Shown here in pieces: positions 27,228-40,160 of a DNA stretch of 49,321 nt; the first letter of the stretch is position 1, and every line of letters begins with the position of its first letter. Location of the stretch: NCBI RefSeq assembly GCF_001194135.2, contig NC_068981.1:87241201-87290521 (forward strand), given 5' to 3'. The notes below the pieces were generated by a model. That model worked only from the letters and a program-made list of their open reading frames with translations. It was not told the DNA's origin and did no database searches. The translations under genes were made by a program, and so were the position numbers. This DNA comes from Octopus bimaculoides. Taxonomy: Eukaryota.

Positions 27228-29132
27228 TCATTATTATTATTTCTTAAACATTTGTATTGTCTTTTGAAACGTGCGTATGTATTGAAAACAATTTTGTATT
27301 AAATTCAATTTTGATTTTAACATATTTTCTCCATTTTTATACTTGTTTATGGTATCTTTATACCTATAACCAATGTTTTCAATATATTTATGCATATATA
27401 TAATACACACGCATATACACAAACATATACAACAGGCTTCCACAGTTTCCCACCATCAAATTCACAAAAAAAGGCATTGGTCGGTACGGAATTATAGCAG
27501 AAGACACTGCGCATTGGGACCAAACGCGAAACCACGATGCTGCAAAGCGAGCTTCTTGACCGCACAACCATGTCTATGTCTACATGATAAGCATGCCGTA
27601 GCGTTTGCAGCATGATTATTTCTTGTGTAAGTATAGTTATACTATTTGACGTCTAAACAAATAACTTACCGCGAACTTTCTTTCGCTTCGCCACCGAAAG
27701 CGACAACCGTTCTGATAGAACTAATAGCCTCTTCAGCTACGTCACCTGCTTTTGCATATGCATTCAGTTCTTTTTCTGTCATATCTTTCGTGACCTATTA
27801 AAACAACAGGTGGCAGTTAAAATAATTTCTTAAATATGAATTATTACTTACTTACAATATATGGTCATCCTTTGACTACCCGTTGTAGTTTGTTTAGTTG
27901 GTTTTTTTTATCTTTTATCTTTTAGTTGTTTCAGTCATTAGATTGTGGCCATGCTGGAGCATCGCTTATGTTTGTTTTTGTTGTTTTCGTTTGTTTTTTT
28001 TTTAAACCTGGTACTCATTCCATCATTTTCTCGGTTTCTTTTGCCGAACTGACAAGTTAGAATGATGTAAACAAACCAACATTGGTTGTCAAGCCGTGGT
28101 GGAGGGTGACGAATTCAGACATAAAAACAAATATACATAGTCATTGTGTGTGCGAATGTGTGTGCGTGTGTGCGCGCGCGCGTTACACACACATATGCAC
28201 GCACACACATGCACGCAAACACATGCACGCACACACATGCACGCACACACAGGCATGTACAAGCACACGCACACACATGCAAGAACACACACGCACACAA
28301 GGTCGCACACATGCAAACATAGACAACAGATGCTTACCAATTTAGAAAAAGGCTGCACCACGCGCACACACATATGTGCTGACAGATACCAGAAGACACA
28401 CACATAAGTAAACACTCGCACATCTGCACACACATATGCACGCGTACGCACATACATACATACATATATACATACATAGACAAAGATATAAAACTAGTTC
28501 TCAGACAGATTCAAAGCAGACCTTGAAGAGTGAAGTCGCAAATAGAAAACAACCGATTGGTTGTTCAATCTACACGTTAAGCAAACAACTGAATAGTTTG
28601 TTGGTAAAGTAAAGAAGTGGTTTTAAACCAGCGCGTGTATTCGTTTTAATCTTTATTGACATTATGACCTTCCCTAGACACAACAAAACTTTCAGTTTCA
28701 TAAACCATTTTGCATGCAATTTGAGAAGAATCTACAGGTCGAAATCACTAACGCAGTGATGTTGTGGTACTAATGAATATCAATGTAAAAAGATTCAGAG
28801 GCTTACTGCTTAACTGTAATAATGCAAACTGTGAGGGCCTTAAAATCATCCATACTTTAACATAGTTTTACTTTCTCCAAAAAATCTTTATTTTCTTTTA
28901 ACTTTAATCAAATAAAATAAACTTCATTCATTTTTCTTGATATTTTAGAATCATATTTTTCACTTTTAAAAGATGAACAAAAAACACGACATTATCGATC
29001 TTAATATAAAAGTTATGAATAAGGCTGCAAGCTAGCAGAATCGTTCGTACGCAGGGCAAAATACTTAGCGGCATTTCGTCCATCTTTACATTCTGAGATC
29101 AAATTCCATCGAGAATCTGCCAGCTCTCTGCC

Positions 29133-29189
<57 letters not shown>

Positions 29190-32100
29190 GTTTCATTTTG
29201 GTATAAGGTCAGCGATTTCGGGGAGGAGGGTCGGTTACCTCAAGCCCAGTGTTCAACTGTTACTTATTTTATCGACTCCAAAAGGATGAAAGACAAAGTC
29301 AACCTCGGCGGAATTTGAACTCAGAACGCAGAGACGGACTTCGGTTTATATTCCCTTTTGTTGTTATAAGAGTGTAAATACAATTTTATACTTACTCTGG
29401 TCATGATGTAAGTTGCCAAGCCGAGTACAGGAGTGAGGGAAAACATAACAAGTGACAACTTCCATTGGTATACGAATGCAATCACGAGAGCAGCAACAGT
29501 TCCAGAAAGTGTTTGAACCAACGTGCCTATATTATTTCCAAGTCCGCTAGAAATCTTTATCAATGCACTAGGAATTTTTTGAGAAGAAATATTGAAAAAT
29601 ATCACTTACATTTGAAACTGAAGAAAAACATTTGATGTTATAATATAATTATTTGTTCAAAATAATAATTCAATGATAAAATGGGAAATATGAATATTAA
29701 TTTCAAATTTTGGCCCAAGGCCAGTAAGTTCAGGGGAGGGAATAAGTCGATTACATCGACTCCAGTGCTCAACTGGTACTTATTTTATCGACCCTCTAAA
29801 GGGATGAAAAGCAAAGTCGGCCTCGGCAGAATTTGAACTCAGGACGTAAAGATGGACGTAATGCCGCAAAGCATTGCGTCCGGCGTGCTGACGATTCTAC
29901 CAGCTCACCACCTTAATGTGAATATTGATATCAATTGATGAAATACTTACTCCGACAGGCAGCTGCTTAACTTTCCAGGTGTATTCTCATCAAACCACGA
30001 TAGATTTTGTCGCAGAATATTTATCATTAGTTTTTTCCGCATGTAAAATATTTGTTTCTCTGTAGAAATCTTCCATGATGTAACATGAGCGTAGGCTGAT
30101 ACAAACACTATAGCTGCCAATCCTAAAGATATATAGAAATTTGTATGTTTCAATGCATGTATGTTCGTATTGATGAAATTTAGCAACAATAATGTTCTCT
30201 TAATTTAGCAACAATATATTCGCAGCCTAAAATATATGTGCTTTTAGAAACACAATGCAATGTATGATACAAGATAGAAACAATCAAGGCCCGATATACA
30301 AGTCAAGAATCTCTTTTTACGAAGCCATATCTTTCCATGCTAACAACATTGTTCTTACATATCTAGAAAGACTGAAGTAAAAATTAGATGTTAAGACTTT
30401 CATACCATTCATAATGACATTAGAAAACGTAAGTGAAGAGAAGTGAATACAAGAGAAAACCAATTCTGGGTGGAGAAATAGACTGATAGAGAATTTATAT
30501 CAACTTTCACTCACACTTGTAAAATAATATTAATATTATGGCTACTCCTAGAAGCATCCTCGTATCTGACGACAGAATGAATCAATCTTCTGTATACTTC
30601 TTTGTAGCTAAATGAAGTGATTTATAGGGTAGAGAGAAAGAGACAGCTACGTCTATTCAAGTACTATTTAAGTATTTCTATGGTCATTATAACGGTCTCT
30701 CAATCATGTCAGTATTGGAAACATTCATGTGATTTTATTCATGATAGAGCGCAAAGTAATTATACTTTGCGCTCTATCATGAATAAAATCACATGAATGT
30801 TTCCAATACTGACATGATTGAGAGACCGTTATAATGACCATAGAAATACTTAAATAGTACTTGAATAGACGTGATGCATACCACATCCGACATAGATGGA
30901 GTTAGGATGTCAAATGTCTTCTATAGTGAGGTATTTCAGATTAAGCATTGTCAGGGCTTCTATTTCAACCACTTTAAATTTCACCTAAAGCATTAATGCA
31001 ACATAAAGTATTAACTGCTGCTCTGTCCTTACCACTGAGTCACCTGTACACATGTGACGAAGATAGTAGAAGCGCAGTTATCATCTATAGGTATACAAGA
31101 AATACAAAGATTTTTTAAAAATGTATTTTCCCTACTCATTAAACTAATCTTCATTCACCAAATGCCTGTAGACCAAAAACTCGGCAGAAATAATGAATCT
31201 TTGTGGTTATCGTCAATGTCTACAATCTTGTTCCAATTGTTTTCAAATTTGGTTTATGGATTAATTTTTGAATACTAATTATAAAAATGAAATTCATAAT
31301 TAAAAAGTCATTAACTTTTGAAATTTGCAAAATTTGGGTATTTTAGTCAATCAAAAGCGAATATTTTACACATAACCGTGAAGTTCTGTCAGCATAGTAA
31401 GCAAAGCAGCTCGAGTTCCATTGCTGATTGCGAAGAACTCTGTTTCCATAGTAACCAAAGATGTTGTGCATGCGCACAAGGAATGTAAACAAGGTCTGCA
31501 TACCACGCTCAGTTCTTCTAGGAACCACTATCTTCAGTGACCTGTGGCGAGCTTATAATCATATCTCAGAAATTGTGGGGTGAACCATAGCATTGAACCA
31601 TAGCATTGAATTTATAAACTCAAAAGATGGGACTCACACTCAACAAATTGAGAGTATATGGGCATCTTTAAAGCGTGGAAACAAACGCCTGTATAGGACA
31701 CTCCATGGTTGACTCTTATCTTTGTGAATTTATGCGGAGAAGGAGAAATGAGAAAGATAATTTATTTTATGAAATCCTAAAGTGTATTGCAAACTTTCGT
31801 TCTTGAATTTTTTAAACTAATAAATGCCTATTTTAAGCAATGTTTTGATTGTTATTCCTAGCAACTCCTGTTTGTTTACTCGTAGCTTTTAAATATTCAA
31901 TTTGCTCGCGAATCTTTTAATGTTTTTCACTATTTACTGAGCTAGTTTATCGTTTTGACATGCCGGTGCCTCTCCACCGCTTTCTCGCATCTGTGACAGA
32001 TGATGGAAGAGGCAGCAAACGCACTGTTTTCTGATTGGCTGAAAATTCTGAAAATTATCAAACTTTGAACACCTGTAACATTTGCGCAAAATTTTTCTGG

Positions 32101-32558
32101 AATAAATTAATAATAAATTCGATTTCAGCGTCAAAAATTACATCTGTATTTAAATTACATCTACATTAAAAAAAAATTTTTAAGATTTCGATATGCAGTG
32201 ACGATAACCACAAAGATCCGAAATAATTGCTCTTAAAAAGAGCAATTATTTCGTCTTTTGTTTCCAAATTCTTTTAGGGTATATTCTTTGTAATCCTAGT
32301 ACTTATTCTATCGGTGTGTTTTGCCAAACGGCTAAGTTACGGGGATGTAATCACAGCGACATCGGTTGTCAAGTGATGGTGAGGGTACAAGCACAGACAC
32401 ACACACACACACATATATATATACATACGTATATACATATATACATGTATATATACATATATATACATGTGTATATATACATATATACATGTATATATAT
32501 ACATATATATACATGTATATATATGTATGTATACATATATGTATATTTATACACAATA

Positions 32559-32614
<56 letters not shown>

Positions 32615-35600
32615 CAATATATATATGTATATATATAGGTATATATATATACATATATATAAGTATATGCATATATATATGTGTATATATACATATATAT
32701 ATACGTATATATATAAATATATATATATATATAGACATATATAGCTGTATATATATATACATATACATCCGTATATATACATACATGTATACATATATAT
32801 ACATATAAATCTATACACATCCATGAATATAAATACATATATATCTATACATATACATCAAAACATATATATGTATACATGTACATTATACATTTACATC
32901 TATATATATACATATATATACATACATATATATGTGCAGATGTATATACACATGTATACATGCATACATATATATATATATAATAATATATATGTGTGTG
33001 TATGCATGTATATATGTGAGATAATAGTTTCACTTTTAATAGTTACAGTATTAATAGTGAAACTACTAAAACTGAAAGTATTATCTCACATTACAATAGA
33101 GATGTTGTTTCACTTTTGACACGAAATAGTGTAAGAGATAAGAGGTTGCTCCAGGTTTGTATTAGGCAAGATATTGAAATGCTTTGGGCCCATGACACTG
33201 CATGGACCCTAAATAAGGCATGTGTAAAATTTGAATGAAATCGGTAGGGTATTTCTCGAGATTTAGTGATGTACACATACAGACAGACAGTCATTTTCAG
33301 TTTTATATATATATATAGATTAAACAACTGGATGTCATACAACAAAAAACTTCGATTCACTCCACAGAATATCGATCTTCCTTTCCTAATTCCTTGCACG
33401 CCCCTCAAGCAGAATATAATGCCATTTTCAGAATAGTATTGCACTAATTATAAATCACTCTTAAAACGGTGTCAAGGTAAAAACATTCAGGAGTAAATGA
33501 AAACCTACGTTATCTATTATATTGTATCATATTAATATAGAAGTTAACTTATTTTAAGTTTCTTTATATTCAAAAGAACTCACCAATGTAATTTTATAAC
33601 GTTCGCATCCATAATTCCAAATATTTCGTTACATCTGATGCAGGAATGGTGGTTTGTGCAATTTCTGCTTCTTCCACTTTTCTAACATCTTAAATTGTAA
33701 ACCCAATCCTCTTTTGAAACAGTACTAAGGTAAAATATGAAAATTTCCTACAACAGCTTAAATGCGTTGCAAGCATGTAATATAAAAAGGAAATAACCTT
33801 ACCAACATAATATAACGCAAGCGTGCCCATGGGGTCGAGGAGTAGACTCTCTGGTACAGACTCATCCACTTTGCATGCTCTGCCAAAAAGCAATAAATTG
33901 TATGGAAATATCAGTCATTTTTTTTCTTTTCTCTGAATTCCTAAATTATTTTAAATACGTCTCACATCTAGTCAATAATTACATGCAGTTTAATCTAGGT
34001 AATTTCAAAAACCTCATCCTTTAACATTTTATTCATTAAGAGTAATGAGATAGCTGAACGACTTGAACACTATAAAGTGGCTTTACTGTATCATTTTATG
34101 TCCCTTTTTGTTTCAAACCCATTTTCCTGTTGGGGTTAGCTTTAGAGTTTACCACCACCAAAACCACCACAGTGACAAAACAGTAACTTGTTATATCGAC
34201 TGAATCAAAGTGACAATTCTACTGCTACTTCTTTTATCGAACTTCTCCGCAATGACTGGTTCAGTATCTAAACAAAAAAATTCGGTATTTAACTACTTAG
34301 CTCAGTTATCGATTTCAGCAAAGAGGACAACTATTATTGATATATTTTGTACACTAGTGTTTGGGGAGAGTGAACTTAAAATAGAGGGCATGGCCATTTA
34401 CTAATATTATGCAATTATTTATTAGAATTTGATTTACAAACTTTATACATCTTTTCTGCACCTATTCCTATAAAACTACTACACAGTGGACATGCTGATT
34501 ACAAAAGAACTATCATTTCTCTACCTGCATTCTTCGTTCGTACCTGAAGTAAATGATGAAGTCAAATATTTTAGCCCAAGTAGTAATTAATATAAATGTA
34601 TAAAATCTGAATAAACGCTGAAGTTATGAATAAACAATAAAGCTATCTCCAGTTGAGTTATAAATAAATGATTAAATGCAACAACATTTAATGCAAAAAA
34701 TATGATTAAATGTTAATTAAATAGAAGACATTTAATTCATAAATTTGTGGCAAACTTACACTCAAAGCTTAAGAGAAAGGAATCCAAAATTTTGCAAACA
34801 TGCTGATCCTAAATCGTTACATCAAAGTTAATACATGAGGCAATTACTGACGTTTCTAGTCAGAGGATAACTTCCTACCTCCTCCTCCGTTAGCACTACC
34901 TTACTCTTTTGGCTTAGCTCTGTAAAGAACATTTTAAAAAAATACTTACTATTTACAAATCAGTTTCAAGTTTTGGTACAAAGCCAGCAAGTTCGGCGAG
35001 AGAGGCTAGGTCGACTACTTCGACTACAGTACTCAACTCGTACTTATTTTATCGATCCCGAAAGAATAGAAGGCAAAGTCGGCCTCGGCGGAATTTGAAC
35101 TCAGAACATAAAGACGGGTGAAATGCCTCTAAGCACTTTGCCTGGTGTGCTAACGATTCTGAGTAGCTCGCCGTTTTCTTATTTACATATCGCCAGGTAC
35201 TTATGTGTTATCTCAAGTTTCAAATACTGAAGATTAACATCAAAAGTAGCGTGGTGCTTTCTCAGTAATAGTAAATTCAGATAAAATACCAGCAGATAAA
35301 AACAAATTTCATCAATATTTTATTAGTTATCCAGTCGATGTTTTTACCATCTATCTGTACTGCTTAAATAATAATGTGACGTAACATCTAACCTTCTGAT
35401 TTTGTTATCAACATCAAATTTAAGTTTGAATTAATTTGCTTTTTCTTACAGTAACTTTAGTACATTTGTCTTATCCAATACTCATTTTTACTTTTAAATG
35501 CATCAACAATTTTTGGGGTTTTCCAACTAGCTATTAAAATATTTTCTTCTTTATCTTATAGGGCATTGCCCGTGGAGTTGTAAGAGACGAACTGTAGACG

Positions 35601-38600
35601 AGAACATTTACTGCAACTATTCGACAATTAGAATTTGAGTAAAATTAATATTTTTAAATGTTCCCAATATTTCAATATCGGCAGAAATATGGAATAAAAC
35701 TTACTTACATGGTTATATTTGCGTTAGTATCAGACATTTTATCTAGCATTTCACTAAACACAATAATCAAAAGAGGTATTGAAACTCCGTGGATTGCTGC
35801 AGCAATCCCGCCAATTATCATGAAGAAGATATCCAAGCCTGTAGCATAGCGGAACTGAAAAAGAAAAAAATCTTTATGTTCTTATCTAAGAATATAAAGG
35901 AGAACTGGATAATGCATTTATCAGCATCACGATCATTGTAATCATCATAGTCTTTGAAGTCGCCGTCATTGTAGTCGTTGTAATCATCATCATCATTATC
36001 ATCATCATCATCATTGTCACATTTTATTTAAATTTATTACTATTGTAATCCATATCAAACGCAAATATGACTATGTGGTTAAAAATATCACTTCGGAACC
36101 GCATGATTCGGGTGCAGTCCAAAAGAGAGATACTTTGCTTTTTCCTCTGCTTTTTCTTTTGCTTTTTCTTCTTTTTCCTCGTGTCGATCAATACCTTGCA
36201 GATCACATCTAGTTGACGGAAACAGTACGGAAGCAAATCGTGTATCCGTATACATACATACATACATACATACATACATACATACATACATACATACATA
36301 CATACAAATGGTGAGAAATTATTTTTTAAATCTGCGTAAATTACATATAAAAAAATAAAATCGCAAATGTTCTCAAAGCTTTTAGGTAATTTCAAAATAT
36401 ATCATTAAATGTTTTTGCATATTTTGAAATACAATGTATAACCAAATAGTAATAGAATTTTTCCTACTGGTTTTACCTATAATAGAGCATATTTAGAATC
36501 ACTAAAAATTCTTACCTAATTTCAAAATATTTCATTAAATGCTTTTACCTAATTTCAAAACAATATAAAATAAAACAATATAAAATAAAACAAAATATAA
36601 TAAGTGCAGAATAGTAGAGTTGATGGAATCATTGTTGAGTTTTGAAACACGTTTGTAAGAACGGACATAATAAAGTTATTTTAAGGGATATAATAAGTCA
36701 CTTAAAAAGTGTAATAAAGTTGTGCCAATTAAAATACAATGCCTATAAATATCAGCCGATATTACTTTATAAATTTCAGTTTTTTGTATATTACATTCTT
36801 GCTCGTTGTTGAATAGTCACTCTGGTAGAGATGGAAAACAATAATATTCAGCAAGGTTGGTCATCACAGTTATCTATATATTGACTCGGGGGAACTTTTT
36901 GTGTATGGTTGCTTAATTTGCTGACAATGTAGTGTCACTCTTACACGAAGCACCAGGCCATTTTGACTAATATTAGTATTCTCAGTACCCTTAGCATATT
37001 GAAATGTATATTAAATTTTCGAAGTAATAAGAAAAATTGTTTTTAATATTGATTAGGAACCATTTAACAATAGCAGCATACGATGGAGTTTGGTCCATTA
37101 CATTTACTGACTTTTACATCCGTAATTTTGTATGCCATTTTGCTTTCGTCGCTATTTTGTAACGATTTTGCTTGATATTTACTTTTAATAATTGAATGGT
37201 TTTCTATGACCTTTTTCCTTTTTTAATTTCCAAGTAATATTAACAGTAAAAACTTTAATTTATCTAATTAATCTACGGGTGCTGAGACGGCTAAAATCTT
37301 TGGATATAGTAAGTTTAATTATGTATTATAAATTGAGTCTTGATTAATGTTTATAAAAATTTTGACGTTCTTTGAGTTACGTGTTACTTTTCACGTTTGA
37401 TTTTTGAAATTCCTAAATGCCAACTTTTTATTTAGAATTTCATATTGATTAAACTCAAAAGTTATTGTCTTTCAAAATGTATTTCCTTCATTTCCTCTAG
37501 TCGACGATCTCTAACTGAAGGATTCAAGACTATTGTTCTAATTCGTTTCGTCAAGTTATATGGAATGTTAACTTGAATTGTTTCAGGAGGCATGGTGTAA
37601 AAAGGAGTATTGTCTTCAGCCAGGAGATTTAAAGAATATACATCGGGTTTTGATATTTCATTTTAATCACCAGTATATCCATGAAAGGGGGTTGTCATTA
37701 TTGTACTCTAAAGTGAATTATTAAGGTACGAATGCGAGAGCAAAGAGGTGGTATCAATGCATAGATGAAGAGCAGTTGAAAAAAAAGTGAAAAATTAATA
37801 CTTCAGAAACCCCATTTTTAAGGAAAATATGTAACAGTCTATACTGAAATCATTCAATAAACATGACTCTAAGGTCCAAATTACCAAAGACAAAATCAAA
37901 GTATGCTAACGTTAAACAGAACCTTTAAGAAGAGGAGAACTAGAATTCTACAAAGACAAACATCATCTAGGTATAGGGACAGATCAACAAGTATGAATCC
38001 AAACTTTTGAATAACCAGGTTCAAAAATCAAGAGATTTACAACAATCCCTCAAAAATTCAATAAACTGGATATTAAAGATGATATCTCAGAATTCTGTGA
38101 AAGATTTAAACCTATAGAAAAGTTTGTGAAGAAAAAAATGACACATCCTTAGTCAATAAACAAAATTTAATATCGGACTATAACAGTAGAAATGTAGTCG
38201 ATGAATTTTGTCCACACACTTTGAAATTTCTTACTGGAACAACAAAATGAACACAAACAAAATTCAACTTTTCCAGACACCAATAGATGCATGTAACTGA
38301 TTTAAAATTATCAAAAGGCATAAAAGAAACTGATAAAGTTCTGTTTCTATTGGGGATACAAAATGCCACAAGAGCTTTGCAGAAACGAGGTTACATACGG
38401 AACAAAACATATAATAAAGAAACTAGAAACTACACACACTAAAGTTATGAAGCAACTTTCTACTTTTTATTTATACTGAGAATGCGCGACAGATAAGGAA
38501 CTAGATTACCATACTTTTTTTTTAATAGCAACTTCTATGGATTATACATATGCAAATTCATTATGGAAGTATGCGAGAGGGCGAGGACTAGCTATATTGA

Positions 38601-39100
38601 TATATATATATATATATATTGCTCTAAAACTAAGCTTCATTACAACATGGTCGACATTTTGCTAGAACTATTTCTGAAAGAAGTTTATAAGAGACGATCT
38701 TGATAAACAAATACAGTGAATTGAAATGTCTATATTGCTTCTACAATATCACGAAATCGAAGCAATTAAATACTGCCTGAATTCATTTACCTGCGAATTA
38801 TGAGGCGTAATGGATGAGATATTTACTATAGATGAATGTTCATTTAGAGCCCCACCACTAACAAGGGTCAGACACAGTAATTCGTAGCAGATTTGCGCCA
38901 TTTACACGAATCTAGTTTTGGAATATTATGATTTAAAGTATATAAGCAATTACATTATTTACATTATTTACATTTGACGGATATTTGTCCTCATCTTGCT
39001 TGTTGTTAACACAACGTTTCGGCTAATATATCCTCCAGCCTTCATCAGGTGTCTTGGGGAAATTTCGAACTGAGGTTCTCATTCCTAAGGTATTTTTTGA

Positions 39101-39133
<33 letters not shown>

Positions 39134-40124
39134 CATTATTATTATTATTATTATTATTCAGGTCATTGCCTGGAATCGAACTCGGAATCTTGGGGTTAGT
39201 AGCCCGCGCTCTTAATCACTACGCCATATGCCCGTAGTGGTTAAGAGCGTGGGCTACTNNNNNNNNNNNNNNNNNNNNNNNNNNNNNNNNNNNNNNNNNN
39301 NNNNNNNNNNNNNNNNNNNNNNNNNNNNNNNNNNNNNNNNNNNNNNNNNNNNNNNNNNNNNNNNNNNNNNNNNNNNNNNNNNNNNNNNNNNNNNNNNNNN
39401 NNNNNNNNNNNNNNNNNNNNNNNNNNNNNNNNNNNNNNNNNNNNNNNNNNNNNNNNAAAATACTGTCTATGTGATCTCAAATTTTAAAGCAAACACATAA
39501 TTTTCTTATGGTTTCTTAAACATTCACTTGAACAAAACTGTACAAATCCAAATATATGGTACCCTAGGCATAACACCTACATGAACTTCTAACTTGTTGT
39601 CTCTTGAGGTCTCTGGGTGAGACTTGGATCCAACTTGTACAAATGCAAAACAAAAGTCAAACATAAAATAATAATAATAATAACATAGAAAAATACCTTA
39701 GGAATGAGAACCCAGGTTCGAAATTTCCCCAAGACACCTGATGAAGGCTGGAGGATATATTAGCCGAAATGTTGTGTTAACAACAAACAAGATGAGGAAA
39801 AATATCCGTCAAATGTAAATAATGTGCATAATTCTTCATCTCTTAAATATAGAATTATAAACAATTACCACAAATATTTAGAAATATCTTCAGTAGTTAT
39901 TTGAAAGAAAACGGGAAAAGTTCCTGGGTGACTGTTATATTTTACAGAAGGAAAATTTTGTTCAGCTAAAAACAGTTTTAATCACATAAAGTGTTGACCT
40001 TCAAGTTGAATTTGTTATAGGATTCAGGGACATAAAATTTCATTATGTATGTGTATGTGTTTGTGTGAACGTCTCTGTATGTGTGTGTGTGTNNNNNNNN
40101 NNNNNNNNNNNNNNNNNNNNNNNN

Positions 40125-40160
<36 letters not shown>

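Noticed and set aside
32316-33119. Many YI/CV/HT-rich ORFs
   Set aside because: Translations of (TA/CA/TG)n microsatellite.
34523-34541. 19-nt microexon candidate (cttcAG GTACGAACGAAGAATGCAG GTAGAG)
   Set aside because: Good acceptor but leaves phase 0, incompatible with the 30122 acceptor; no homology support.
39160-39225. tRNA gene (anticodon ACT)
   Set aside because: No acceptor stem or terminator; embedded in a repeated element, so it is a SINE head rather than a tRNA gene.
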